A DNA stretch of 57,832 bases from Candidatus Aminicenantes bacterium (GCA_030610885.1 JAUWQW010000004.1:1-57832), one strand, 5' to 3'. Positions 9,696 through 20,587 are shown, numbered from the stretch's first letter. Notes: generated by a model not told the origin, from the letters alone. Program-made: numbers and translations.

Positions 9696-11039
9696 ATGAT
9701 ATCTAAAATTCTTATAGCCAACAGGGGTGAAATTGCTGTAAGAATTATAAGAGCAGCAAAAGAACTGGGTATGAAAACAGTTTTAGTTCATTCTACAGTT
9801 GATAAAGATTCCCTGGCTACAAAAATGGCTGACAAATCCATTTGTATAGGCCCTCCTCCAGCATTGGATAGTTATCTTTTTTATCAGAATATTCTTTCAG
9901 CAGCAATTTCTGTAAAAGCCGATGCAATTCATCCGGGTTATGGCTTTCTTGCTGAAAATCCACTTTTTGCAGAAGCTTGCAAAGCATTAAGAGTAGTTTT
10001 TATTGGACCTAAATCAGATGTTATTCGTAAAATGGGAGATAAAGCAAAAGCAAAATCAATAATGGAAAAATTCGGTGTCCCAGTTGTTCCTGGTTCAAAT
10101 GGTATTATTGACTCTCATGAAAAGGCATTATCAATAGTTGAGGAAATCGGATATCCTATTATTTTTAAAGCATCTGCTGGAGGTGGTGGTAAAGGGATGA
10201 GAATTGTATTCAACAGGAGTGAATTAGAGAATGCCTATAAGTTTGCATCTTCTGAGGCTCAACAGACTTTTGGAGACTCCAGTGTATATGTTGAAAAATA
10301 TATTTCTGGCCCAAAACATATTGAGATCCAAATACTTGGAGATAAATATGGAAATATAGTTCACCTATTTGAAAGAGACTGTTCAATTCAAAGACGACAC
10401 CAGAAATTACTTGAAGAAGCGCCTTCTCCTTCAATTGACAATAGTACCAGAGAACAGATGGGAGAAATTGCTGTAAAAGCAGCAAAATCAGTTGAATATG
10501 ATTCTGCTGGAACAATTGAATTTTTATATGATATTGAGTCAAAAGAATTCTATTTTATTGAGATGAATACAAGGATACAGGTTGAACATCCAGTTTCTGA
10601 AATGATTACTGGAGTTGATTTAATTAAATATCAAATTAGGATTGCAAATGGAGAAAAGCTTGACTTAAAACAGGAAAATATCCAGAAAAATGGGCATGCT
10701 ATTGAGTGCAGAATCAATGCTGAGGATCCTTTAAATGATTTTAGCCCTTGCCCTGGGAAAATCACTCAGCTGATCGTTCCTGGTGGACCCGGCATCCGTG
10801 TTGATTCAGGCGTATATCCAGACTGTGAGATCCCTCCCTATTATGATTCAATGGTGGCAAAATTGATAGCCTGGGGATCTGACAGGAGGGAGGCTATTGA
10901 ACGAATGAAACGTGCTCTGGAGGAATTTCATATTGATGGTTTAAAAACTACAATTTCTTTTCATATAGATATTTTAAAAAACAAAAAATTTCTTACAGGT
11001 TTATATACCACTGATTTTATAAAAGATTATTTTTACTAA
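9696..11039 (+). CDS. accC: Biotin carboxylase
   Basis: LIANRGEIA, HPGYGFLAEN, GGGGKGMR, RDCSIQRR and EMNTRIQVEH. Confidence 0.97.
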   Translation: MISKILIANRGEIAVRIIRAAKELGMKTVLVHSTVDKDSLATKMADKSICIGPPPALDSYLFYQNILSAAISVKADAIHPGYGFLAENPLFAEACKALRVVFIGPKSDVIRKMGDKAKAKSIMEKFGVPVVPGSNGIIDSHEKALSIVEEIGYPIIFKASAGGGGKGMRIVFNRSELENAYKFASSEAQQTFGDSSVYVEKYISGPKHIEIQILGDKYGNIVHLFERDCSIQRRHQKLLEEAPSPSIDNSTREQMGEIAVKAAKSVEYDSAGTIEFLYDIESKEFYFIEMNTRIQVEHPVSEMITGVDLIKYQIRIANGEKLDLKQENIQKNGHAIECRINAEDPLNDFSPCPGKITQLIVPGGPGIRVDSGVYPDCEIPPYYDSMVAKLIAWGSDRREAIERMKRALEEFHIDGLKTTISFHIDILKNKKFLTGLYTTDFIKDYFY

Positions 11040-11051
11040 AGGAGATAAATT

Positions 11052-11843
11052 ATGTCAAAATTGTTCCCAAAATGCCCAAAATGTAATACATCTCATTTTA
11101 TCTCTTTTTTAAAGCATGCACATTATGTATGTTCTAAGTGTGGTTATCTATTAAGGCTTGATGCTGCAATAAGGGTTAAAATGATTTGTGATAAAAGGAG
11201 TTTTACGCAATTTGATGAGAATATTAGAAGTCTGGATCCTCTGGAATTCCCAAAATACAGAGATAAACTGGATAAATCTATAAAGGAGACAAAATTGAAT
11301 GAAGCTGTTCTAACTGGAACTTGCAGGATAAAGGGATTTCCTTCAACTATTGGAGTTATGGATCCAAGGTTTATAATGGGATCAATGGGTTCTGTTGTTG
11401 GAGAAAAAATAACAAGACTTTTAGAGTATTCTTTAGGCAATTTCCTCCCATCTGTTATTATTATTCTTTCAGGAGGAGCAAGGATGCAGGAGGGTATTCT
11501 TTCCTTAATGCAAATGGCAAAAACATCTGCTGCTGTAAAACGCCTGAATGATAACCATCTTCCTCTTTTTACTGTATTAACAGATCCCACAACCGGGGGT
11601 GTTACTGCTTCATATGCTATGCTGGGAAACGTGATAATTGCTGAGCCTAATGCATTAATAGGTTTTGCAGGGCCAAGGGTTATTGAGCAGACAATTGGAC
11701 AGAAGCTTCCACAAGGATTTCAGAGAGCTGAATTTTTATTAGAACATGGTATGCTAGATATGGTAGTACAAAGAAAACAGTTAAGATCTGTTTTAGGCAC
11801 TTTATTAAAGATTCATTCTCAAAGACCATATTCATATCATTAA
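11052..11843 (+). CDS. accD: Acetyl-CoA carboxylase carboxyltransferase beta subunit
   Basis: C4 Zn ribbon CPKC..CSKC; GSMGSVVGEKI, SGGARMQEG and GFAGPRVI. Confidence 0.96.
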   Translation: MSKLFPKCPKCNTSHFISFLKHAHYVCSKCGYLLRLDAAIRVKMICDKRSFTQFDENIRSLDPLEFPKYRDKLDKSIKETKLNEAVLTGTCRIKGFPSTIGVMDPRFIMGSMGSVVGEKITRLLEYSLGNFLPSVIIILSGGARMQEGILSLMQMAKTSAAVKRLNDNHLPLFTVLTDPTTGGVTASYAMLGNVIIAEPNALIGFAGPRVIEQTIGQKLPQGFQRAEFLLEHGMLDMVVQRKQLRSVLGTLLKIHSQRPYSYH

Positions 11844-11900
11844 AGAGATGAGATTTAGTTTATATATTTATAAGCATAAGTAATAAACAAAGGGGGTTAA

Positions 11901-12719
11901 ATGTCTCATACAGAGATTAAGAAAATTAAAGCAATAGATATTGTCAAACTTGCCAGACATACAAAAAGGCCTACAACTTTAGATTATATAGGTTTTATCA
12001 TAAAAGATTTTATTGAGCTTCATGGAGATAGAAGATTCAGTGATGATAAAGCTATTGTAGGAGGCATTGGATTTTTAGAGAATATTGCAGTTACGGTTAT
12101 AGGCCATCAAAAGGGTAGAAATGTTAAGGAGAATATAAGAAGAAATTTTGGGATGGCAAACCCTGAAGGGTATAGAAAAGCCTTAAGATTAATGGAGGAA
12201 GCAGAGAGATTTGGTAGGCCGATTATCAATTTTATAGATACTCCAGGTGCTTACCCTGGAATTGGAGCTGAAGAAAGGGGGCAGGCAGAGGCAATTGCAT
12301 ACAATCTTTATAAAATGTCAACCCTTAGGACTCCGATTATTTCAATTGTTACTGGTGAAGGAGGATCTGGAGGTGCACTGGCAATAAGTATTGCTGACAG
12401 GATTTACATGTTATCAAATACTATTTATTCTGTTATTTCTCCTGAAGGATGTGCTTCTATCCTTTGGAAAGATGCAGGAAAAGCTGATGCTGCTGCAGAA
12501 TCTTTAAAACTCACTGCAAAAGACCTCTTTTATTTTAAAATTATCGATGGTATTATAGAAGAACCTGGTAATGGTGCTCATGAAGATCATGAATCAACTG
12601 CAAAACAGATAAAAAGTACTTTAATTTCAACTCTTAACGAATTGCTCTTAATTGAGCCTTCAACCCTAATTGATCAAAGATACCAGAAATATCGGAAAAT
12701 GGGAGTTTTTTCAGAGTAA
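11901..12719 (+). CDS. accA: Acetyl-CoA carboxylase carboxyltransferase alpha subunit (short form)
   Basis: [33 protein letters not shown] and [10 protein letters not shown]. Confidence 0.96.
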   Translation: MSHTEIKKIKAIDIVKLARHTKRPTTLDYIGFIIKDFIELHGDRRFSDDKAIVGGIGFLENIAVTVIGHQKGRNVKENIRRNFGMANPEGYRKALRLMEEAERFGRPIINFIDTPGAYPGIGAEERGQAEAIAYNLYKMSTLRTPIISIVTGEGGSGGALAISIADRIYMLSNTIYSVISPEGCASILWKDAGKADAAAESLKLTAKDLFYFKIIDGIIEEPGNGAHEDHESTAKQIKSTLISTLNELLLIEPSTLIDQRYQKYRKMGVFSE

Positions 12720-12798
12720 CATTTTTATAAATATCCATTGAAATCTTGACTTTTTTTGGTTTATAGATGAAAATAATATACTAAGGATATTACTTAAT

Positions 12799-14337
12799 AT
12801 GTTAAATGAAAAAGGTCTTTTAAGTGAGACTCCTACAATAAAATTATTGTTAACTGTATTTGAAGAAAATCTAACAGGATATCTCTATATAAAGAGGCAA
12901 GAAATTGTTAAAGCATTGTATTTCAAAAATGGAGAATTAGTATGGGCAAGTTCATCTTCAGATGTTGATAAGATTGAAAATATATTATTATTAAAAGGTT
13001 TGGTTAAACCTATTATTATTGAAGAGTTAAAAAGAGAAAATGAGCTAAATAAATCAGCAGGAAAATTATTACTTGAAAGGGGGATTATTACACTTGAAGA
13101 ATTTATAAAATTCACAAAAGAACAATTAGGGAATATTATAATAAGTGTGTTGAATTGGCGTGAGGGAGAATACAGATATGTAAAAGAGCCTCCACCAGAC
13201 AATCAATTTAATTTAGATCTGAACATTATGAGTTTTGTGTTTAATTTTATCATTAATGATCTCGATGAAAGTATAATAATGAGGGAAATTGGTTCATTTC
13301 ATACAAAGTTAGTTAGAAATTTTGATGAAATAAAAATAAAAAAATATTCTTTAAGTGATAAACAAAAAGAAATTCTATTTATTTTTGATAATGAAATTAA
13401 ATTGGAAGATTTTTTGTCAAGATATTCTGAAACTAACAAGCGATCTCTATTGAAAATAGTTTATTTCTTTTTAATGGCTGAACTAATACTAAAAGACGAA
13501 TTTGAATTGCCAGACATTTCAACTTTAGATGAAAAGGATAATAAAGATGATCTTGGTGAATTTAAAATTGAGACCAAGCAGGATAATTTATATATAATTG
13601 ATGGCTATAAAAAGGAGGAAGAGGATGAAAATAGTGTGGAAAAAGAGGAAGATTTTGATATTCAGAAGATGATTTCAGAAGAAGAAAAGCAAGGGAAAAG
13701 TTTCAATTTTATTATTTTGTTTATAGTATTGATATTTATTATAGGTAGTATTATTTTATATTTATTATTAAGTGAAAGTAAAAAAGAAGATAAAATAGAT
13801 AATTATAATAAAAAAGAAATAATTAATGTTGAAGATAGGAAATCTATTGTAAAAAAGGATAATAAAGGCTTTGAAATTTTAATGCAAAAAGGGGATTCTA
13901 AACAAGAAAAGTTGGATAAATCTCCGGATAAGAATAAAAAGAATATAGAAAATATGGGAGAAAATAAAACGAGAAATAATTATAAATCAAAAAGATCTGA
14001 AAGTCCTGATGCCTTGAGTTATTTTAATCAGGGAAAGTATGAAATTGCAGCAGGAATATGGAAAAAGGAGTTAAAGAAAAAAAATATAAAGTATACTATT
14101 TTGCTTGAGTATGACATGTTAAAAGAATCTGTATTTAACGCTTATAAGAAAACAAAAGATAAAAACAGATTTTTTATTATAACTAAGAAGAAGAATAATC
14201 GTATAGGTTTTCTGGTTATGTGGGGTATGTTTGATACAGAACATGATGCAGCAAGAGCGTTAATAGAGTTACCTGGTTTTTTCCTAAATCAAAAACCTTC
14301 AGCTAAAGTTATTGATTTAGAACAATATATTGAATAG
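12799..14337 (+). CDS. DUF4388-like membrane protein with possible C-terminal SPOR-like domain
   Basis: N-terminal TG.L..K.LYFKNGELVWASS...W.EG.Y pattern, acidic linker, one TM helix, C-terminal VMWGMFDT..DA motif. Confidence 0.6.
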   Translation: MLNEKGLLSETPTIKLLLTVFEENLTGYLYIKRQEIVKALYFKNGELVWASSSSDVDKIENILLLKGLVKPIIIEELKRENELNKSAGKLLLERGIITLEEFIKFTKEQLGNIIISVLNWREGEYRYVKEPPPDNQFNLDLNIMSFVFNFIINDLDESIIMREIGSFHTKLVRNFDEIKIKKYSLSDKQKEILFIFDNEIKLEDFLSRYSETNKRSLLKIVYFFLMAELILKDEFELPDISTLDEKDNKDDLGEFKIETKQDNLYIIDGYKKEEEDENSVEKEEDFDIQKMISEEEKQGKSFNFIILFIVLIFIIGSIILYLLLSESKKEDKIDNYNKKEIINVEDRKSIVKKDNKGFEILMQKGDSKQEKLDKSPDKNKKNIENMGENKTRNNYKSKRSESPDALSYFNQGKYEIAAGIWKKELKKKNIKYTILLEYDMLKESVFNAYKKTKDKNRFFIITKKKNNRIGFLVMWGMFDTEHDAARALIELPGFFLNQKPSAKVIDLEQYIE

Positions 14338-14367
14338 ATTTATTCAATTTAAAGTAATGAATTATTA

Positions 14368-15060
14368 ATGAAAAAAGAGTTGAACTTAAATGTGATGGAG
14401 GTTGCTTCTTTGTTGCAAATTCCGGTTGTAAAGGTGCAACGCTGGGTTTATCAAGGGCAAATCCCATGCAAATTTAAGGGAAACACTTATTATTTTAAGG
14501 AAAAGGATATTTTAAAATGGGCTAAATCGCATGGTATGATTATCTCCAAAGATATTGAAAGCGAAAAGAATGTAATAAGTGAAAATGATTGTACATTGAA
14601 AAAGGGTATTGAAAATGGGGGAGTTTTTTTTGATCTTAAAGGAGATGACATCTATAGTGTTATTGAAAATGCAATAGAGAAAATTAATTTTCCAGAAAAA
14701 TTAGATAAAAGCCTTATATTAAATGAACTTATAAACAGAGAAGAAATAGCCTCTACAGGTATTGGTAAAGGAGTAGCAATCCCTCATACAAGAAGAGAGT
14801 TAGGTTTAAAATGTAAACATTTTATGTTCCCGGTTTTTTTTTTAAAAAATAGAGTTGATTTTAATTCTATAGATGGCCAACCTGTTTTTGTATTATTCTT
14901 TATGTTTAGTCCATCAGCTAAAGTTCATTTAAAACTTCTCTCTAGATTGAGTTATTTATTAAGAGATAAGGTGTTTTTAGATAACCTTAAAAATTGCAGG
15001 AACAAGGAAGAATTAATTTCCTTGATTAGTAAAAATGAAAAAAGGTTTGAAAGTGATTAA
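14368..15060 (+). CDS. PTS IIA (Ntr/Fru-type) protein with N-terminal excisionase-like HTH
   Basis: LNVMEVASLL..VQRWV..G.IP HTH; REEIASTGIGKGVAIPH phospho-His motif. Confidence 0.88.
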   Translation: MKKELNLNVMEVASLLQIPVVKVQRWVYQGQIPCKFKGNTYYFKEKDILKWAKSHGMIISKDIESEKNVISENDCTLKKGIENGGVFFDLKGDDIYSVIENAIEKINFPEKLDKSLILNELINREEIASTGIGKGVAIPHTRRELGLKCKHFMFPVFFLKNRVDFNSIDGQPVFVLFFMFSPSAKVHLKLLSRLSYLLRDKVFLDNLKNCRNKEELISLISKNEKRFESD

Positions 15061-15101
15061 AGGGTTAGAAAACGATTTAGATTGAAATAAATAGAGATTG
15101 A

Positions 15102-16817
15102 TTGAAAGAACTGAAATTAATTATTAAAACAACATTAAAAAATCTTGATTACAGAGCACAATTAATTATAATTGGCATAATAGTTGGAGTATTTAGCGGA
15201 TTTGCTTCTGTGAGCCTTAATTTTGGACTCAAAAAAGTATCTGATTTCTTTATAAAATTTCATGGTAATTTCTATTTTATTTTATTTCCTGCTATGGGTA
15301 TATTAATAACAGTATTATTTTTGAAATATGTAATTAGAGATTTTGAAGGGCATGGTGTTCCTGAAGTCATTCATAGCGTAAGTATGAAAGGTGGTTTTCT
15401 CAAAAAGCGTTCTTCTGTATCAAAATTGATAGGAAGTCTATTAACCATATCAAGCGGAGGTTCTGCAGGGCCTGAATCCCCTGTTATAATAAGCGGTGCA
15501 GCAATTGGTTCAAATGTAGCAAAATATTTGAAAACTAATGACAAAATAAGGATAGCTGCTGCTGGCTCTGGTGCTGCTGGTGCTATTGCAGCGATTTTTA
15601 ATGCTCCAATAGCAGGGATTATTTTTACAATGGAGGTTATACTTGGAGAATGGTCCACATTAAATATGCTTCCAGTTGCAATATCTTCTGTTACTGCAAC
15701 TATAATAAGCCGTATGTTAAGTGGGAATCAAATACCTTTTAAACACCATTTAATAAATGTAAGCATTAATGATATCTTTGCTGCTGCGGGCTTTTCAGTT
15801 TTTTTGGCAGTTTTTGCTCTATTTTTTGTGAGAGCTCTAAAATGGATTAAGCTTCTTTTTGAAAAAAGCATAAAAAGTATTATTTTTAGAGCTATTTTGG
15901 GAGGGGGATTAGTTGGAGTAATAATAATTTTTTTCCCTGTTGTAAAGGGCGAGGGTTATGAAGTGGTACGAACTTTAATATCAGGAGAATTTTCAAGTAC
16001 AATATTGATTATATTTGTGTTAATTGTAATGAAGATTCTTGCAACCAGTTTTACGTTGGGTTCAGGAGGTGCTGGCGGAGTTTTTGCACCATGTCTTGTT
16101 ATTGGGAGTCTTTCAGGGTATTTATATTTTCAATTATTAAGTGCAATTTTTCCACAGGTTCAATTTTCTGGATCAACTCTATTTGCATTGAGTGGGATGG
16201 CAGGAATTTTGAGTGGTACGTTGCAGGCTCCTTTAACGGGAATATTTTTAATTGTTGAGATAACTGGTGGCTATGATGTGATTTTACCTTTACTTCTTGT
16301 TTCGTTTCTTACATTAACAATAACAAAGCTTATTGAAAAACATTCTATATATCAATATGATCTTGCTGAAAAGGGTTTATTGTTAAGACCCAGGACAGAT
16401 GCACGCATATTGTCTGATATAAATGCAGAGGAATTGCTTGAGAAAGATTTGATTACTGTAGATTCGGAGATGTTATTAAAAGATTTAATTCCTTTGATAA
16501 AAGAATCCCACAGAAATTATTTTGCTGTGGAGGATAAAAAAACTGGTAAATTTCTTGGGATGGTAAATTTCAATGATATAAAATCTTATATATTTAGTTC
16601 TGATCTTATAAAATCAATTATAGTTGAAGAAGTTATGGAAACAGATTTTCCGCGAATTTCGATTAAAGATAATGTTGTAAATATATTGAATAAATTTGAT
16701 CAATCAAGAGCATGGAGTCTTCCAGTTGTTGAAGATGATAAATTTCTGGGTCTGATTTCAAAATCCACTATTCTTGATCATTACAGGAAAGAGTTAAAAG
16801 CTCAGACTGAATATTAA
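15102..16817 (+). CDS. ClC chloride channel/antiporter with CBS pair
   Basis: GHGVPE, GGSAGPESP, FNAPIAG and GGVFAP motifs; C-terminal CBS domains; TTG start. Confidence 0.92.
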   Translation: MKELKLIIKTTLKNLDYRAQLIIIGIIVGVFSGFASVSLNFGLKKVSDFFIKFHGNFYFILFPAMGILITVLFLKYVIRDFEGHGVPEVIHSVSMKGGFLKKRSSVSKLIGSLLTISSGGSAGPESPVIISGAAIGSNVAKYLKTNDKIRIAAAGSGAAGAIAAIFNAPIAGIIFTMEVILGEWSTLNMLPVAISSVTATIISRMLSGNQIPFKHHLINVSINDIFAAAGFSVFLAVFALFFVRALKWIKLLFEKSIKSIIFRAILGGGLVGVIIIFFPVVKGEGYEVVRTLISGEFSSTILIIFVLIVMKILATSFTLGSGGAGGVFAPCLVIGSLSGYLYFQLLSAIFPQVQFSGSTLFALSGMAGILSGTLQAPLTGIFLIVEITGGYDVILPLLLVSFLTLTITKLIEKHSIYQYDLAEKGLLLRPRTDARILSDINAEELLEKDLITVDSEMLLKDLIPLIKESHRNYFAVEDKKTGKFLGMVNFNDIKSYIFSSDLIKSIIVEEVMETDFPRISIKDNVVNILNKFDQSRAWSLPVVEDDKFLGLISKSTILDHYRKELKAQTEY

Positions 16818-16845
16818 CATTTTTATTAATGAATAGAAGGTAAAA

Positions 16846-16874
16846 TTGACAAAATTTCCATATGTTACTATAAT
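16846..16874 (+). promoter_or_regulatory. Consensus sigma70 promoter of tRNA-Leu
   Basis: TTGACA-N17-TATAAT, 11 nt before the tRNA. Confidence 0.85.
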
Positions 16875-16885
16875 ATTGCTTCTTT

Positions 16886-16971
16886 GCCGGAGTGGCGGAA
16901 TTGGCAGACGCATCAGACTCAAAATCTGACGAGAAATTGCTCTCGTGAGGGTTCGATTCCCTCCTCCGGCA
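16886..16971 (+). tRNA. tRNA-Leu(CAA)
   Basis: Acceptor stem GCCGGAG/CTCCGGC, anticodon arm TCAGA-CTCAAAA-TCTGA, long variable arm, GGTTCGATTCC T-arm, discriminator A; CCA not encoded. Confidence 0.96.
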
Positions 16972-17089
16972 TATATAAGCTTTCTGAAATTTATTTTGTT
17001 TCCAAAATATTATTGATTTTTAATAGATTATGTTATATGCTTATTTTTATTTAATATATAATAATAAATCTAAAAAAATTACAAGAGTT

Positions 17090-18421
17090 ATGATGAAAAT
17101 GAAAAGATTAACTTTTAAAAAAGGCATTCATCCAAAAGAATTTAAACAAATCACTGAAAATTTAGAGATTAAAGAGGTTCCTGTACCTCCAAAGATTATA
17201 ATTCCAATAAGACAGCACATTGGTGCACCTTTAAACCCGGTTGTTAAAAAAGGTGATAGGGTAAAAACTGGACAGATAATCGCAGATTCTGAGGCTTTTG
17301 TATCTGCACCCGTTCACTCAAGTTGTACAGGAATTGTAAAAAACATTGGAGATTACCCAACTCCTCTCTCTCCTTCAGATACATGTATTGAAATTGAAAC
17401 TGAAGAAAAAGAGGAATTTGATTTTGATCTTAATTCCAATATTGATTATAAATCGTTATCAAAACAGGAGATACTTAAATTAATTAGAAGAGCTGGAATT
17501 GTTGGAATGGGAGGAGCAGCATTTCCTGCTGCTGTAAAATTTACCCCTCCTAAGGATATTCACATTGATACAGTTATTTTAAATGGGTGTGAATGTGAAC
17601 CTTATCTTACATCTGATTATAGAACAATGCTTGAATTCCCTGAAAAGATATTAGAAGGGCTAAAAATTATAATGAGAGCTGTTGAAGCAGAGAGAGGAAT
17701 TATTGGAATTGAAGATAATAAACCTGATGCTATTGAAAAGATGTCTCAGCTGGTTGATAATGAATCTAATATCAATGTTCAAGCTGTAAAAACAAAGTAT
17801 CCTCAAGGAGCTGAGAAGATGCTTATCAGTGCTCTTACTGGAAGAAAGATTCCTCCAGGTGCCCTTCCTTTCAGTATAGGTGTTGTTGTCTCAAATGTTG
17901 GCACTGCTGCAGCTATTTATGATGCAGTTGTAAAGAATATACCTTTGTATAAAAGAGTACTCACCATAACTGGTGAGGTTTTGGAAAATCCAGCTAACCT
18001 TTTAGTTAGAGTTGGAACACCATTTTCATTTCTCTTTGACTATATCGGTGGGTTTTTAGATGAAGTAACAAAATTAATACTTGGTGGTCCAATGATGGGC
18101 ATAGCTCAGTTCACACCTGATGTGGGTATTACAAAAGCAACATCCGGGATACTTGTTATGGGAAAGAGAAGAGTGGGTAAGGAATTTAATTGCATAAATT
18201 GTGCAGAATGCGTTAATCATTGTCCAATATTTCTCGTTCCTACAAAGATTGTAAGATTTGCTAAAAGCGAGATTTGGGATAAAGCAGAAGATTATGGTGC
18301 TATGAATTGTATAGAATGTGGATCATGTTCCTACATGTGTCCTTCCAATATACCCCTTGTTCATTGGATAAGAGTAGCAAAAAGCAAAATAACTGAAATA
18401 AAAAAATCTTCGGGGAAATAA
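17090..18421 (+). CDS. rnfC: Rnf complex subunit C
   Basis: TFKKGIHP, QHIGAP, GMGGAAFP, NGCECEPYLTSD and two 4Fe-4S motifs. Start moved from 17030 to the ATG cluster at 17090-17099. Confidence 0.95.
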   Translation: MMKMKRLTFKKGIHPKEFKQITENLEIKEVPVPPKIIIPIRQHIGAPLNPVVKKGDRVKTGQIIADSEAFVSAPVHSSCTGIVKNIGDYPTPLSPSDTCIEIETEEKEEFDFDLNSNIDYKSLSKQEILKLIRRAGIVGMGGAAFPAAVKFTPPKDIHIDTVILNGCECEPYLTSDYRTMLEFPEKILEGLKIIMRAVEAERGIIGIEDNKPDAIEKMSQLVDNESNINVQAVKTKYPQGAEKMLISALTGRKIPPGALPFSIGVVVSNVGTAAAIYDAVVKNIPLYKRVLTITGEVLENPANLLVRVGTPFSFLFDYIGGFLDEVTKLILGGPMMGIAQFTPDVGITKATSGILVMGKRRVGKEFNCINCAECVNHCPIFLVPTKIVRFAKSEIWDKAEDYGAMNCIECGSCSYMCPSNIPLVHWIRVAKSKITEIKKSSGK

Positions 18422-18423
18422 AT

Positions 18424-19377
18424 ATGGAAAATAAATTTAATCTAATACTTGAATCATCTCCTCATTTTAAAACAAAAAGGAGCACTCCACAGATAATGTA
18501 TGTTGTTATTTTGTTGCTTCTACCTATGTGTATTGCAGGGGTCTATTTTTTTGGATGGGCTGCGTTGATAAGAATTTTATTAAGCCTTGTAACTGCTTTA
18601 CTAACAGAATTTATCTTTTTAAAACTGAGAAAAAAAGATATATCCCCCGTTTTTGATGGTTCGGCTGCAGTAACAGGCATTCTTCTCGCATTGACTCTTC
18701 CTCCTACATTGCCTTTATCAGATGTAGTTATAGGCTCAGTAGTTGCTATTTCTATAGGGAAACAATTATTTGGAGGACTTGGATATAATATATTTAATCC
18801 TGCTCTTGTTGGAAGAGCATTCTTGCAGGCGGCATTTCCTGTTGATATGACAACATGGGTAAAACCTTTTTATTTTAATTTGGATTCTATAACTAGTGCA
18901 ACTCCTTTGGGAGGATTTAAGATTGATGGTGTGTCAACAGCTCTCAATAAACTGACTTTGGGAAATACTGGCGGTTGTATTGGTGAGACATCAGCAATAT
19001 TGATTATAATAGCTGGAATTATTTTGATTTTATTAAAAATGGCTGATTGGAAAATCCCTGTAAGTATTATAATAACTGTATCTGTTTTTGCTGGGATCTT
19101 ACATCTACTTGATCCTGTAAAATATCAGGACCCTCTATTTTATCTTTTTTCAGGAGGATTGATGTTGGGTGCTTTTTTTATGGCTACAGATATGGTGAGT
19201 TCTCCAATTACTCCGTTTGGAAGTATAATATTTGGGGTTGGAATCGGCATTGTTGTTATGGTAATTAGAGTGTTTGGTGGTTTGCCTGAAGGTATGATGT
19301 ATTCGATATTATTTATGAATTGTTTTGTGCCTCTTTTAAATAGATATACAAAACCTAAGATCTTTGGCGAGGTATAA
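18424..19377 (+). CDS. rnfD: Rnf complex subunit D
   Basis: SSPH, FGGLGYNIFNPAL, SATPL FMN-Thr motif and FMATD. Confidence 0.95.
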   Translation: MENKFNLILESSPHFKTKRSTPQIMYVVILLLLPMCIAGVYFFGWAALIRILLSLVTALLTEFIFLKLRKKDISPVFDGSAAVTGILLALTLPPTLPLSDVVIGSVVAISIGKQLFGGLGYNIFNPALVGRAFLQAAFPVDMTTWVKPFYFNLDSITSATPLGGFKIDGVSTALNKLTLGNTGGCIGETSAILIIIAGIILILLKMADWKIPVSIIITVSVFAGILHLLDPVKYQDPLFYLFSGGLMLGAFFMATDMVSSPITPFGSIIFGVGIGIVVMVIRVFGGLPEGMMYSILFMNCFVPLLNRYTKPKIFGEV

Positions 19378-19378
19378 G

Positions 19379-19975
19379 ATGAAGATGAGTGAAACTTTAA
19401 GAATGGTTATTGTTCTTACATCAATTTCAATTATATCCGGCGCTTCTCTTGCGGTTGTTGATTCTGTAACAAAAACAAGGGTTAATCTTAATAAACAAAG
19501 CGCTTTGAGCAAGGGCTTAAAAAGATTGATACCGGGGGCAGATAATTTTAAGAAAGAAGATATAAATAATAATGGAAAGATAATTGCAGTATACAAGGCA
19601 GTTAAGGGTGATACTCTTGTGGGATGGGGATTTCATCTTAAGGGTCCTGGATTTTCGGATAAAATTGAAATTATTGCTGCAGTAAATCCCAAAATAACCA
19701 GATTACTTGGAATTGAGGTTTTAGAGCAGAAAGAAACCCCAGGTTTGGGTGATAATATGAAAAAAGAAGGTTTTCGCAAACAATTTAAAGGGCTTTTTGT
19801 TAATAGAAAAATTGAGTTTGTAAAAAACAGGATTCCTGAAAAGGGCAGTAATAAAATACAAGCAATGGCAGCTGCAACATATTCAACTAGATATCTATTG
19901 GATATAATAAACGATAATATTAAGAAAATAAGACATATGAATAAAATAAGACATATAATAGGGGGTGGAAAGTGA
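19379..19975 (+). CDS. rnfG: Rnf complex subunit G
   Basis: TM anchor, GFSDKI, ETPGLG; ATG at 19379 after GAGGT; operon position. Confidence 0.9.
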   Translation: MKMSETLRMVIVLTSISIISGASLAVVDSVTKTRVNLNKQSALSKGLKRLIPGADNFKKEDINNNGKIIAVYKAVKGDTLVGWGFHLKGPGFSDKIEIIAAVNPKITRLLGIEVLEQKETPGLGDNMKKEGFRKQFKGLFVNRKIEFVKNRIPEKGSNKIQAMAAATYSTRYLLDIINDNIKKIRHMNKIRHIIGGGK

Positions 19976-20583
19976 AAAAGGCCACTCCTGCATATGAATT
20001 TTCAAAGGGAATATGGAAAGAAAATCCTATTCTGGTTCAACTTCTGGGCATGTGTCCAACACTTGCTGTTACAAGCACTGTAATAAATGGAGTGGCAATG
20101 GCTCTTGCAACTTCATTTGTCTTGATAATGTCTTCTCTAATAATTTCCTCATTACGGAAAATTATTCCCTCCTCTGTAAGAATTGCCTCTTTTATTGTAG
20201 TTATTGCAACTTTTGTTACTCTTGTAGATAGTTTTTTAAAAGCCTATTTTTATGATATATCAAAAGCTCTTGGTCCATTTATCCCATTAATTATTGTTAA
20301 TTGTCTTATTTTAGGAAGACAGGAGGCTTTTGCTTCCAAGAATACAGTAAAAATGTCTATACTTGATGCTTTTGGTATGGGAGTGGGTTTTTCCCTATCT
20401 CTTTTAGTTCTTTCAACTGTAAGAGAAATTCTAGGTTTTGGTACATGGTTTGGAATTCAAGTAATGCCTGATTTGTTTAACCCCTGGATGGTTATGATAA
20501 TGGCTCCTGGAGCTTTTCTTACTCTTGGTATTATGATTGGTGCTTATGGGATTTTTAAAGGAAAGAAATCAAAAGGAGTATAA
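19972..20583 (+). CDS. rnfE: Rnf complex subunit E
   Basis: LGMCPTLAVT, PLIIVNC and PGAF. Confidence 0.95.
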   Translation: MKKATPAYEFSKGIWKENPILVQLLGMCPTLAVTSTVINGVAMALATSFVLIMSSLIISSLRKIIPSSVRIASFIVVIATFVTLVDSFLKAYFYDISKALGPFIPLIIVNCLILGRQEAFASKNTVKMSILDAFGMGVGFSLSLLVLSTVREILGFGTWFGIQVMPDLFNPWMVMIMAPGAFLTLGIMIGAYGIFKGKKSKGV

Positions 20584-20587
20584 ATAA

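Noticed and set aside
11901-12719. AccA as an N-terminally truncated pseudogene
   Set aside because: Short AccA forms are common, the catalytic motifs are intact and an RBS-like GGGGG precedes the start.
16886-17030. tRNA-Leu as an integration site
   Set aside because: No duplicated tRNA 3' end or integrase was seen; core rnf genes follow directly.
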